Positions 18,943-27,859 of a stretch of 64,000 nucleotides of DNA are shown here, piece by piece. The notes beneath the pieces were generated by a model. That model saw only the letters and a program-made list of their open reading frames with translations. It was not told where the DNA came from and did not search any database. How positions within the stretch are numbered: position 1 is the stretch's first letter; every line of letters begins with the position of its first letter. The translations under genes were made by a program, and so were the position numbers. The stretch comes from an uncultured Gemmatimonadales bacterium (GTDB lineage: Bacteria > Gemmatimonadota > Gemmatimonadetes > Gemmatimonadales > JACORV01), in contig CAWETG010000010.1 in assembly GCA_963812035.1 (NCBI GenBank), positions 180,975 through 244,974 on the forward strand, in the 5' to 3' direction.

Positions 18943-20402
18943 GGGAGCGCCCGTACGAACGCCCGGGTGGCGGGCTCGATCACGTTGAGCATGAGCTGGG
19001 GCACGAAGCCGAACAGCAGCAGGAATCCCACCAGGATGGCACGCGGCAGCGACAGGAAGAGCCCGATGTCGGCAACCGGCGGGTGGGCCTCGCGCGGCTG
19101 CCCGAAGAAGGCGAGCACGATGACCCGGATCGAATACGCCAACGTGATGGTGAGCGCCGCGACCACCACGACCGCGAGGACCGGGAAGGTGCGCAGCGTG
19201 CCGAGGAACACCAGCAGCTCGGCCCAGAACGACGAGAAGCCGGGCACTCCCGCCCCGGTCAGCGCCGCGATGATGAAGAACGCCGACGCCACCGGCATGG
19301 TGTGGGAGAGCCCGCCCAGCTTGCCGACATCCCGGGTGTGCAGCCGGTCGTAGATGTAGCCCACGGCTGCGAAGAAAAGGGCCGTCATGATGCCGTGGCT
19401 GAACATCTGGAAGACCGCGCCGTTGACTCCGGCCTCCGACAGGGTCGAGAGCCCCAGCAGCACGATGCCCATGTGCGAGACGGACGAGTAGCCGATCACG
19501 AACTTCAGGTCGGTCTGCGACAGCGCTACGAACGCGCCGTACACGATGTTGACCGTGGCCAGGATCGCCGTGGCGTGCGCCCAGTACTGCGCTCCCTCGG
19601 GGAGCACCGGCATCGCCACCCGCAGAATCCCATAGGCCCCCAGCTTCATCAGCACGCCGGCGTGGAGCATCGAGACCGCGGTGGGCGCCGCCACGTGGCC
19701 CACCGGCGACCAGGTGTGCAGCGGCCACATGCCCGCCAGAATGCCGAAGCCCACGAACAGGAACGGATAAACCAGCAACTGGAAGCCGCGGGCGTAGTGC
19801 GCCCCGGCGAGCCGCGTGATGTCGAACGTCCCCTGCCCCGCCCCCCAGAACACCGCCAGCGCGGCCGGCACCACGAGCGCCGTCCCCACCAGCAGGTAGA
19901 GGGTGAGCTTCATGGCCCCGTACTCCTTGCGCGTGCTCCCCCAGACGGCGATGAGGAGGTACATCGGGAGGACGGCGACCTCGTAGTAGAACACGAAGAA
20001 GAACAGGTCCAGCGTTATGAACACGCCGTACACGCCGACCACCAGCAGCGTCATGAAGGCGAAGTACTCCTTCACGCGCTCCTGGAGCTCCCACATCACC
20101 AGCACGCCCGTCAGGTACACGACGGCCGTCAGGACGAGGAGCGGGAGGTTCAGCCCGTCCACCCCGTTGTGCCACTCGATGCCGAACGCAGGCACCCACG
20201 GCAGCCGTTCCACGAACTGGTAGCCGGGGGCGTGCGGGTCGAAGCGGAGCCACAGCACCGCGACCACCACCGCGGCAACGACGCCGCTCGCCGCGGCGAT
20301 CCGCCGGATGGCCCCGGGATAGCGACCCGGCGTCACCAGGATGGCGGCCAGGCCAGCCACCGGGCAGGCCAGCAGGATCGTGAGCAGCGGCAGGTGGCTC
20401 AC
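18939..20402 (-). CDS. nuoM: NADH-quinone oxidoreductase subunit M
   Basis: GVDGLN, WPLHTWSPVGHVAAPT, LMKLGAYG, YSSVSHMG, QMFSHG. Confidence 0.93.
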   Translation of the reverse strand: MSHLPLLTILLACPVAGLAAILVTPGRYPGAIRRIAAASGVVAAVVVAVLWLRFDPHAPGYQFVERLPWVPAFGIEWHNGVDGLNLPLLVLTAVVYLTGVLVMWELQERVKEYFAFMTLLVVGVYGVFITLDLFFFVFYYEVAVLPMYLLIAVWGSTRKEYGAMKLTLYLLVGTALVVPAALAVFWGAGQGTFDITRLAGAHYARGFQLLVYPFLFVGFGILAGMWPLHTWSPVGHVAAPTAVSMLHAGVLMKLGAYGILRVAMPVLPEGAQYWAHATAILATVNIVYGAFVALSQTDLKFVIGYSSVSHMGIVLLGLSTLSEAGVNGAVFQMFSHGIMTALFFAAVGYIYDRLHTRDVGKLGGLSHTMPVASAFFIIAALTGAGVPGFSSFWAELLVFLGTLRTFPVLAVVVVAALTITLAYSIRVIVLAFFGQPREAHPPVADIGLFLSLPRAILVGFLLLFGFVPQLMLNVIEPATRAFVRALP

Positions 20403-22303
20403 GGCACCGCTCCGCTCCGCCCCAGCACGTACGCCAGCGCCGCGATGAGCGCCACGGCGACGGTCAGATAGATCTGCACGTAGCCGCTCTGCACCAGCGC
20501 CAGGATCCGCCCTCCGCCGATGGTGCCGGAGGCGACGCCGTCGGTGGCGCCGTCCACCACGTTCCGATCGTTCCACTGCGCGGCGCGGGCCAGTGCCTGC
20601 GCCCAGCGGATCACGGTCGCGCGGTACAGCCGGTCGAGATACCAGTTGTCGCCGAAGAAGCGGGCCAGCGGCGGCATCCGCTCGACGAACCCGACGCGCG
20701 GGGCGCCCGGCCGCCCGAACTCCACCCAGGCGAGCGCGATGCCCCCCGCGACCAGCGCCAGTGCCGCCAGCGCGCCGAGCCCGAAGTCGAACGGCCCGTG
20801 CGCCACCTCGCTCGGCGCGAGCCGCGCCCCGAGCCACGGCCCGAGATAGCCGAGCAGCAGGGTGAGGAGGGCGAGCAGCAGGACCGTGACCCGCATCGCC
20901 CGCTCGCCCGCCGTGGCCCTGTGCCCCTGTGCCTCCGTGCCCGCCGCGCCCGTGCCCCTGTGCCCCTGTGCCTCCGTGCCCGCCGGTCTCAACGTCAGGA
21001 ACACCATCCGGAACGCGTAGTACGCCGTCAGGCCGGCCCCGAGGTACGCCAGTGCCAGCACCAGCGGCGATGCTCCTGTCCCGAGCGAGCCGAGGATGGC
21101 TTCCTTGCTGAAGTACCCGGCGAACGGGATCACGCCGGCCAGGGCCGCGCTCCCCGCCACCAGGCCGATCACGCCGGCGCGCTGCGACCACGGCCCGCGC
21201 TCACTGATCTCGTGCATTTCGTTGGAGTGGGCGTGGTGGATGAAGATCCCCGCCGAGAGGAACAGCAGCGCTTTGAACCCGGCGTGGGTGACGAGGTGGA
21301 AGAACCCCGCCGCCACGCTGCCCGCGGCCAGTCCCATCAGCATGTAGCCCAGCTGCGAGATGGTCGAGTAGGCGAGGACCCGCTTGATGTCGGTCGCCAC
21401 CATCGCCATCGTCGCCGTGGCCAGCGCCGTGGCCAGGGCGAGCCACAGCAGGACGTGCATCACCGCCGGTGCAGCCATGAACAGTGGATGTAGGCGCGCG
21501 ACCAGATACACCCCGGCCGCGACCATCGTCGCCGAATGCAGCAACGCGGAGACCGGGGTCGGTCCCTCCATCGCGTCGGGAAGCCAGGTGAACAGTGGTC
21601 CCTGCGCGCTCTTACCGATCACCCCCATCAGCAGCAGCGCCGCCGCGACGGAGACGGTGCGCGGCGTGAGCGCCCCGCCCGGCGCGGCCGCCGCAATCAC
21701 GTCGGGAATGGTCGCCAGCCCCAGGGAACGGATCAGCAGCAGCACGCCCAGCAGGAAGCCGACGTCGCCCACCCGCGTCATGAGGAACGCCTTGCGGGCG
21801 GCGGCGGCCGGCGCGGGCCGCTCGAACCAGAACCCGATCAGCAGGAACGAGGCGAGACCCACGAGCTCCCAGAAGGCGAGCGTCTGTAGCAAGTTGGCCG
21901 AGAGCACCAGCCCCTGCATCGCCCACCCGAACAGCGCGAGGAAGCCGTAGTAGCGCGCGTAGCCAGGATCCCCGGCCATGTAGCCGGTGGAGTACGCCAT
22001 CACCGCCAGGGTGATGCCGGAGACGACCAGGGCCATCGTGGTGGAGAGGGAATCGAGCAGCACGCCGAAGGCGAGGCTGTGCGCCGCGTCCACCGGCAGG
22101 AAGACGGTCTGCGCGAGGAAGCTGTGGCCTGGCACCGCCACGGCCACGACCAGATAGGCCGAAGCGGCGAATGAGGCCGCCATGGCGGCGATACCGAGCG
22201 CCGCCGCCGCCCGGGGCCGGCCCCGGAGCGCGATCAGCACGACGGCGCAGGCCGCCAGCGGCAACCCTTGGGCCAGCAGCGCCGCCAGCGTGGCGCCGGT
22301 CAT
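20399..22303 (-). CDS. nuoL: NADH-quinone oxidoreductase subunit L
   Basis: WELVGLASFLLIGFW, GKSAQGPLFTWLPDAMEGPTPVSALLHSATMVAAG, DIKRVLAYSTISQLG. Confidence 0.95.
   Translation of the reverse strand: MTGATLAALLAQGLPLAACAVVLIALRGRPRAAAALGIAAMAASFAASAYLVVAVAVPGHSFLAQTVFLPVDAAHSLAFGVLLDSLSTTMALVVSGITLAVMAYSTGYMAGDPGYARYYGFLALFGWAMQGLVLSANLLQTLAFWELVGLASFLLIGFWFERPAPAAAARKAFLMTRVGDVGFLLGVLLLIRSLGLATIPDVIAAAAPGGALTPRTVSVAAALLLMGVIGKSAQGPLFTWLPDAMEGPTPVSALLHSATMVAAGVYLVARLHPLFMAAPAVMHVLLWLALATALATATMAMVATDIKRVLAYSTISQLGYMLMGLAAGSVAAGFFHLVTHAGFKALLFLSAGIFIHHAHSNEMHEISERGPWSQRAGVIGLVAGSAALAGVIPFAGYFSKEAILGSLGTGASPLVLALAYLGAGLTAYYAFRMVFLTLRPAGTEAQGHRGTGAAGTEAQGHRATAGERAMRVTVLLLALLTLLLGYLGPWLGARLAPSEVAHGPFDFGLGALAALALVAGGIALAWVEFGRPGAPRVGFVERMPPLARFFGDNWYLDRLYRATVIRWAQALARAAQWNDRNVVDGATDGVASGTIGGGRILALVQSGYVQIYLTVAVALIAALAYVLGRSGAVP
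20913..20983. repeat. Octamer GTGCNCCN tandem array inside nuoL (two blocks of four octamers, 39-nt period)
   Basis: gtggccct gtgcccct gtgcctcc gtgcccgc cgcgccc gtgcccct gtgcccct gtgcctcc gtgcccgc; translated as AGTEAQGHRGTGA AGTEAQGHRATA. Confidence 0.9.
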
Positions 22304-22608
22304 CCCTTCAGCTCCGACAGGTCTTCCACGTTGATGCTCTGCACCTCGCGCTGAATCGCCACGAACAGCGACAGCGCGATGGCGCCCTCCGCCGCGGCGA
22401 CGCCGATCAGAATGAGCGCCACCACCTGCCCGACCGACGAGCTGCTGCCGCTCAGGCTGGTGATCGCCACGATGTTGAGGGAGACCGCCGCCAGCATCAG
22501 CTCGAGCGCGATGAGCATGCCGATCAGCGACCGGCGCTGCACCAGACCGTACAGCCCGATGCAGAACAGCAGCAGCGCCACCAGCAGGTACCAGTGCAGC
22601 CAGGTCAT
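22300..22608 (-). CDS. nuoK: NADH-quinone oxidoreductase subunit K
   Basis: LFCIGLYG, LELMLAAVSLN, VAAAEGAIAL, ends LSELKG. Confidence 0.93.
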   Translation of the reverse strand: MTWLHWYLLVALLLFCIGLYGLVQRRSLIGMLIALELMLAAVSLNIVAITSLSGSSSSVGQVVALILIGVAAAEGAIALSLFVAIQREVQSINVEDLSELKG

Positions 22609-23141
22609 GGCACCGCCCTCGGCGCCGAGGAGGCGGCCGGCTTGCGGATGCCGGGATCCCTCCGGGCCACCATCACCGCGCCCATCATCGCGATCACCAG
22701 CAGAATCGAGATCAGCTCGAAGGCGAGCACGTAGTCCGACAGCAGCCGGTAGCCAGTGGTCTGCGGGGTGACGTCGAGGCTGCCGCCCCACGGCGGGAAG
22801 TGCGCGCCCCGGATCACCAGCCACAGCGCCATCGCCACCGCCGCCGCCAGCAGCGCGGCGCCTGCCACTTTGGGGACGCTGCGCGGGGTCCGCGGGGTGT
22901 CGAGCGGCTGCGACAGCATCACGGCGTACACCATCGCGATGCCGAGCGCGCCGACATAGACCAGCAGGAGCACGATGGCCAGGAAATCACTCCCCAGCGT
23001 GAGAAACAGCCCCGCGACGCCCACCAGCGACAGCGCGAAGCCCAGGATGTTGTGGAAGATGTTCTTCAGGCTGACGGCGAAGAGCGCGCCGATCAGCGCC
23101 AGCGCCGCCGACGCGCCGAACAGGAACGCGTTCCAGTTCAT
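22605..23141 (-). CDS. nuoJ: NADH-quinone oxidoreductase subunit J
   Basis: LLVYVGA, YVLAFELISILLVIAMMGA. Confidence 0.92.
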   Translation of the reverse strand: MNWNAFLFGASAALALIGALFAVSLKNIFHNILGFALSLVGVAGLFLTLGSDFLAIVLLLVYVGALGIAMVYAVMLSQPLDTPRTPRSVPKVAGAALLAAAVAMALWLVIRGAHFPPWGGSLDVTPQTTGYRLLSDYVLAFELISILLVIAMMGAVMVARRDPGIRKPAASSAPRAVP

Positions 23142-23593
23142 TTGAGTGTGCCGGCCAGATAGGGGTCCTCGCCGAACGGCGCCAGCAGGTCGTTCCGGGT
23201 CTGCTCGCGGTGGTAGGCCGCGTCGTCGAAGTGCGCCGAGTACTTGAGCGTATCGGTCGGGCAGACGTCGATGCACAGCCCGCACAGGCTGCACGTCGAG
23301 AAGTCGAGCACGAACTTGTTGGCGCGCATCTTCTTCAGCCCCTGGGGACGCACCCCGGCGATGTCGAAGCAGTCGGACGGGCAGATGCGCGCGCAGGCGT
23401 TGCAGGCGATGCAGTCGTGCGTGCCCGTCTCCGGGAACGTCACCAGCTCGATCGGGCCGCCCCACCGGGAGACGTCGGGCAGCTCGTGCGGGTACTGCAG
23501 CGTGACCACCGGCCGCACCATGTGGCGGCCCGTGACGCCCAGGCCCACCAGCAGGCTTTTGAGCCCGACCAGCACCTCGCGCACGAGATTCAT
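23138..23593 (-). CDS. nuoI: NADH-quinone oxidoreductase subunit I
   Basis: VTLQYP; two 4Fe-4S motifs CIACNACARICP and CSLCGLCIDVCP. Confidence 0.93.
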   Translation of the reverse strand: MNLVREVLVGLKSLLVGLGVTGRHMVRPVVTLQYPHELPDVSRWGGPIELVTFPETGTHDCIACNACARICPSDCFDIAGVRPQGLKKMRANKFVLDFSTCSLCGLCIDVCPTDTLKYSAHFDDAAYHREQTRNDLLAPFGEDPYLAGTLK

Positions 23594-24597
23594 GGGCGCG
23601 GCAGGACCGCGAGCACGACCGCCGTGAAGAGCAGATTCACCAGCGCGATCGGGATGAGCAGCTTCCAGGCGAAGTTCATGAGCTGATCGAAGCGCAGCCG
23701 CGGGAAGGTCCAGCGCGCCCACATCATCATGAACACGACGAGATAGGCCTTGAGGAGGAGGTACAGCGGGCCCAGCCACGGATGCAATCCGGCCCAGGGA
23801 CCCTTCCACCCGCCCAGGAACAGCGTCGCGCCCACCGCGCCCAGCACCAGCATGTTGGTGTACTCGGCGAAGAAGAACAGCGCGAATCGCATCCCCGTGT
23901 ACTCGGTATGGAACCCGCCCACCAGCTCCGATTCGGCTTCCGGAATGTCGAACGGCGCGCGGTTGGTCTCAGCCGTGATCCCGATGAAGTAGATGAGCGC
24001 CGCCGCCGGCTCGACCAGGGCGTACGGAAGGTGCTGGCCCGCGACGATCTGCCGCAGGTTGAGCGACTGCGCGATCAGCACCACCGACAGCGCGGACAGC
24101 AGCACCGGGATCTCGTACGCCACGACCTGCGCGACCGAGCGCATGCCGCCGAGGACCGCGTACTTGTTGTTGGACGACCATCCGGCCATGAAGATGGCGA
24201 TGACCGTTACGCCCGAGAGCACGACCACCACCGCCAGGCCATTGGGCATCTCGGCGAATGCCTGCGCCTCTCCCAGCGGGACCAGCGACGTGAGGCAGAT
24301 GGTCGGGATGAAGATCAGGACGGGCGCGAACAGGAACGTGAACCGGTCGGTCGCCAGCGGGGTCACGAGCTGCTTGGAGAGCAGCTTCACCATGTCGGCG
24401 ACAGTTTGCAGGGTGCCGTGCGGCCCCACCTCCATCGGGCCGAGCCGCCGTTGCGCGTGGGCCGACACCTTGCGCTCCAGCCAGATGAGGAACAGCACGT
24501 TGAAGGTGAGGTAGCCGAGGATCGTCCCCGCCCCGAGGAGCAGCGTCGCCCCGAACTCCCCGATCCACCCCGTGAGCAGATGGTACAGGAAAGTCAT
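23590..24597 (-). CDS. nuoH: NADH-quinone oxidoreductase subunit H
   Basis: LERKVSAHAQRRLGP, SSNNKYAVLGGMR, AETNRAPFDIPEAESELVGG. Confidence 0.95.
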   Translation of the reverse strand: MTFLYHLLTGWIGEFGATLLLGAGTILGYLTFNVLFLIWLERKVSAHAQRRLGPMEVGPHGTLQTVADMVKLLSKQLVTPLATDRFTFLFAPVLIFIPTICLTSLVPLGEAQAFAEMPNGLAVVVVLSGVTVIAIFMAGWSSNNKYAVLGGMRSVAQVVAYEIPVLLSALSVVLIAQSLNLRQIVAGQHLPYALVEPAAALIYFIGITAETNRAPFDIPEAESELVGGFHTEYTGMRFALFFFAEYTNMLVLGAVGATLFLGGWKGPWAGLHPWLGPLYLLLKAYLVVFMMMWARWTFPRLRFDQLMNFAWKLLIPIALVNLLFTAVVLAVLPRP

Positions 24598-24613
24598 CGC
24601 GCCCCACCCCGGC

Positions 24614-24732
24614 GGACACAGGGGCACCGGCGCACGGGCGCACGGGAAGACCGATTTCCCTGTGCCCCTGTGCCCCCGTGCCCCCGTGCTCGCTGCACCC
24701 GTGCCTCCGTGCGCCTGTGCCCCTGCGCCCGC
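24614..24732. repeat. Palindromic octamer (GTGCNCCN) repeat element between nuoD and nuoH
   Basis: Four units of GNGCACNG (24614-24646) inverted against four units of CCYGTGCC (24659-24690), followed by a third block at 24701-24732. Confidence 0.88.
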
Positions 24733-24736
24733 CGCT

Positions 24737-25864
24737 TCACCGGTCCACCTCCGGCATCACCAGGTCCACGCTCCCCAGGACGGCCACCGCGTCGGCGACC
24801 ATGTGGCCGGGCATCACGTCGGCCAGCACCGCGAGGTTAGGGTACGACGGCGTGCGGAACTTCGCGCGGTACGGCTCGGCAGCCCCCTCGGACACGATCA
24901 GGATGCCGTAGTGGCCGCGCGCGCTCTCCACGGCGTAGTACTGCGTCCCCACGGGCAGCTTGAGCCGCTTCTTCACGCCGATGGAGTCGGGGTTCAGAAT
25001 CGGCCCGTCGGGGAGCTGCTCCAGCGCCTGCTCGATGATCCGCACGCTCTGCTGCATCTCCAGCGCGCGCACCATGTAGCGCGCGAACACGTCGCCCTCC
25101 TCGCGCGTCACGACGTCGAACGCGAAGCGCGGGTAGGCGCCGTACGGCTCGGCCTTGCGCACGTCGTACGACACGCCGGAGCCGCGCAGCGTCGGGCCGG
25201 TGACCCCGTACGAGAGGCACAGGTCGCGGGACATCACGCCCACGCCCTTGGTGCGATTGATGAAGATGACGTTGTCCTCGATCAGCTTCACGTACTCCGC
25301 CCAGCGGCCCTTCAGCTTCGCGACGACCTCGCGCGCCCGGCGCGGGAAGTCGGCGTCGAGGTCCTTGCTCAGCCCGCCGAACCGGCCGGTGCAGTACGTG
25401 AGGCGCGAACCGGTGACCGACTCGAGCAGGAAGAGGATCGCCTCGCGGTCGTCCCAGGCGTAGAGGAACGGTGTCGCCGCGCCGAGGTCGAGGAGGAATG
25501 CCCCGATCCACAGCAGGTGCGACGCGATCCGGTTGAACTCCGCGAGGATCACGCGCGCCACCAGCGCGCGCTCCGGCACCGGGATGCCGGCCATCTTCTC
25601 GACGGCCTCGACCCAGGCGAAGTTGTAGATGATCCCGGACAGGTAGTCCTGCCGTGACGTGTTCGGCAGGAACTGCGCGTAGGTCCGGTTCTCCGCCATC
25701 TTCTCGTGCGCCCGGTGCGAGTATCCGATCATCGGTTCCGCGACGACGATCTCCTCGCCCCGCAGCGTCAGCCTCATCCGCAGCACGCCGTGGGTGGACG
25801 GGTGCTGCGGCCCCATGTTCAGGGTGTAGGTGTCGAGCGCGTCAGCGCTGGGCGGGTTCGTCAT
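24737..25864 (-). CDS. nuoD: NADH-quinone oxidoreductase subunit D
   Basis: NMGPQHPSTHGVLR, IGYSHRAHEK, ends DLVMPEVDR. No NiFe CxxC motifs. Confidence 0.95.
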   Translation of the reverse strand: MTNPPSADALDTYTLNMGPQHPSTHGVLRMRLTLRGEEIVVAEPMIGYSHRAHEKMAENRTYAQFLPNTSRQDYLSGIIYNFAWVEAVEKMAGIPVPERALVARVILAEFNRIASHLLWIGAFLLDLGAATPFLYAWDDREAILFLLESVTGSRLTYCTGRFGGLSKDLDADFPRRAREVVAKLKGRWAEYVKLIEDNVIFINRTKGVGVMSRDLCLSYGVTGPTLRGSGVSYDVRKAEPYGAYPRFAFDVVTREEGDVFARYMVRALEMQQSVRIIEQALEQLPDGPILNPDSIGVKKRLKLPVGTQYYAVESARGHYGILIVSEGAAEPYRAKFRTPSYPNLAVLADVMPGHMVADAVAVLGSVDLVMPEVDR

Positions 25865-26360
25865 CGGGGGCGGGGGAAGACCGCTGGCTATCGTCGTAAC
25901 GGGAGGCCGGCGGCCCCGTGAAGCTCTTGAGCAGCGGCCGCCACTCGGTGCCCTCGGGCAGCAGCAGCCAGGTGAGATTGGGGTGCCCGGCGAACGTGAC
26001 CCCGTACAGCTCCCACGCCTCGCGCTCGTTCCAGTTCGCGGCGCCGAACACGCCGCTCACGGTCGGGACGCTCTCCCCGGCCGGAGACCAGACGCGCCAG
26101 GCCACCCGGCTGGAAGCGGAAGCCTCGTAACGGTTGAACGTGTAGATGAGCTCGAAGGCCCCGTGCCCCGCGAGGCGGTCCACGCAGGTCAGCGACTCGA
26201 AGAAATAGCCCGCGTCGCGCACGATCCGGCACGCGTCGGGGAGACGGCCGGGCGCGATCCACCGCACTTCCGCAGCGCCCGCGAGCGGGTGCTCGATCGG
26301 CGCCGGAACGGTCGCGCCGAGTCGCTCCGCCGCCAAAGCGATCTCAGCCGGCGCGCTCAA
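25842..26360 (-). CDS. nuoC: NADH-quinone oxidoreductase subunit C
   Basis: [26 protein letters not shown]. Confidence 0.9.
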   Translation of the reverse strand: MSAPAEIALAAERLGATVPAPIEHPLAGAAEVRWIAPGRLPDACRIVRDAGYFFESLTCVDRLAGHGAFELIYTFNRYEASASSRVAWRVWSPAGESVPTVSGVFGAANWNEREAWELYGVTFAGHPNLTWLLLPEGTEWRPLLKSFTGPPASRYDDSQRSSPAPDDEPAQR

Positions 26361-26868
26361 GCCTGCGACCCTGCTTGATCTTGTCCTGGAGCTTCAGGAT
26401 CCCGGCGATCAGCGCCTCGGGCCGCGGCGGGCAGCCGGGCACGTGCACGTCGATCGGCATGAACTTCTCGGCACCCTCGGCGATCGCGTACTCGCCCGGG
26501 TACTTGAAGGGGCCGCCCGAAATCGTGCAGCCCCCCATCGCGATGGCCCACTTGGGGCCGGGCATCTGGTCCCACAGCGTGCGGATCACCGGCGCCATCT
26601 TCCGCGAGATGGTGCCCGCGAGGATCATCAAGTCGGCCTGCCGGGGCGAGGGACGGAACAGGCCGACGCCGAACCGGTCGAGATCGTAGCGCGAAGCCCC
26701 CGCCGCCATCATCTCGATGGCGCAGCACGCCAGGCCGAAGGTGAGCGGCCAGAGCGAATTGGCCCGCGCCAGGTTCAGCACGTCCTCGACCATCGCCAGC
26801 CGCACCCACGGCGCAGCCTCCTCGGCCAGCCGGTCCAGCTCGCGGTCGCCCGGAGCGGTCAGTCCCAC
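26344..26868 (-). CDS. nuoB: NADH-quinone oxidoreductase subunit B
   Basis: [38 protein letters not shown]. Confidence 0.95.
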   Translation of the reverse strand: MGLTAPGDRELDRLAEEAAPWVRLAMVEDVLNLARANSLWPLTFGLACCAIEMMAAGASRYDLDRFGVGLFRPSPRQADLMILAGTISRKMAPVIRTLWDQMPGPKWAIAMGGCTISGGPFKYPGEYAIAEGAEKFMPIDVHVPGCPPRPEALIAGILKLQDKIKQGRRLERAG

Positions 26869-27233
26869 CGGAAGACGCCCGTGCGCCACGAGTACACGAC
26901 CGCGACCGCGAGGATCGCGACGAACACCACGATCTCGACCAGCGCCTGCCAGGTGTGAAGCGTGCGGAAGACCACGGCCACCGGCAGCAGGTAGATCACG
27001 TCCACCGCGACGGCGAGGTAGAGCAGCGCGTACAGGTAGTAGGCGAGCGAGAACTGGCGCCACGCGCCGCGCTCGGGCACGATGCCGCTCTCGTACGTCT
27101 TGAAGGTGTCGGCTTCGCCCCGGCTGCGCGGCGCGATGAAATGCGGCACCGCCACCGAGATCATGCCGAAGATCAGCCCGAGACCCAGAAAGGCCAGGAC
27201 GAACCGGTATTGGTGGATCGTCGAAGCGTCCAT
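26859..27233 (-). CDS. nuoA: NADH-quinone oxidoreductase subunit A
   Basis: Three TM helices, KTYESG loop, ends TGVFRWD; GGGAGAG RBS. Confidence 0.9.
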   Translation of the reverse strand: MDASTIHQYRFVLAFLGLGLIFGMISVAVPHFIAPRSRGEADTFKTYESGIVPERGAWRQFSLAYYLYALLYLAVAVDVIYLLPVAVVFRTLHTWQALVEIVVFVAILAVAVVYSWRTGVFRWD

Positions 27234-27286
27234 CTCTCCCTATGACTTGGGGAACCTCGGCAGGCGTCCCGGCGCACCGAACCGGA

Positions 27287-27359
27287 TGGAGCGGAAGGGA
27301 ATCGAACCCTCGACCTCGTGGTTGCAAACCACGCGCTCTCCCAACTGAGCTACCGCCCC
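27287..27359 (-). tRNA. tRNA-Ala(TGC), CCA not encoded
   Basis: GGGGCGGTAGCTCAGTTGGGAGAGCGCGTGGTTTGCAACCACGAGGTCGAGGGTTCGATTCCCTTCCGCTCCA: cloverleaf, G3:U70 pair, TGC anticodon. Confidence 0.97.
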
Positions 27360-27374
27360 GCCGATAGCGGTCGC

Positions 27375-27403
27375 AATGTAGCTAAGCCGAGTAATTCGCT
27401 CAA
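27375..27403 (-). promoter_or_regulatory. sigma70 promoter for tRNA-Ala (and possibly the nuo operon)
   Basis: Minus strand TTGAGC-N17-TACATT. Confidence 0.65.
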
Positions 27404-27457
27404 GCAATTCGTGTACCACGGAAGGGAGCGCGCGGCCGCAGTGCACCGTCGCCAATG

Positions 27458-27859
27458 CTACGGTATGACCACCGTGAGCGATACGCCGGAGGTGTCTCCG
27501 TTGAGATAGGTCGCCGTCGCCACGTCGACCACGCTTACGGCGTAGCTGGCCGCTTTCCGCACGTCGTCCACCCGGATGCGCGCCACTTCGCCGGCGGCGA
27601 ATCCGCTCCCCGCCGGGGTAACCACCACCACGTGTGCGGTGTCGCCATCGACCGACGTGTCGGCGAACACCCGGTAGGCGGATCCGGCCGCCACCGCGAC
27701 GCCGTGCAGCCGGCCCGTCACCTGGAAGAGAACGGCCCGATCGTTGGGGCGCGCCACGGTGAGCTGCACCGACAGCTCACCGGCGGTGGGGCCCTGCTCT
27801 CCCCGGCACCCCGCCCCCGCCGCTGCGACGCAGGCCGCCAGCGCCAGCGCGCGCCTCAT
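27458..27859 (-). CDS. Hypothetical lipoprotein, beta-sandwich (cohesin-like) fold inferred
   Basis: MRRALALAACVAAAGAGC lipobox; ATG overlaps the protease stop (ATGA); beta-rich sequence. Confidence 0.75.
   Translation of the reverse strand: MRRALALAACVAAAGAGCRGEQGPTAGELSVQLTVARPNDRAVLFQVTGRLHGVAVAAGSAYRVFADTSVDGDTAHVVVVTPAGSGFAAGEVARIRVDDVRKAASYAVSVVDVATATYLNGDTSGVSLTVVIP

Noticed and set aside
24737-26868. Group 4 NiFe hydrogenase
   Set aside because: The large subunit lacks both CxxC nickel-binding motifs and ends in the NuoD-type EVDR.
17415-27359. nuo operon as a tRNA-integrated genomic island
   Set aside because: No duplicated tRNA 3' end was found near 17415-17520, there is no integrase, and composition looks like the flanks.
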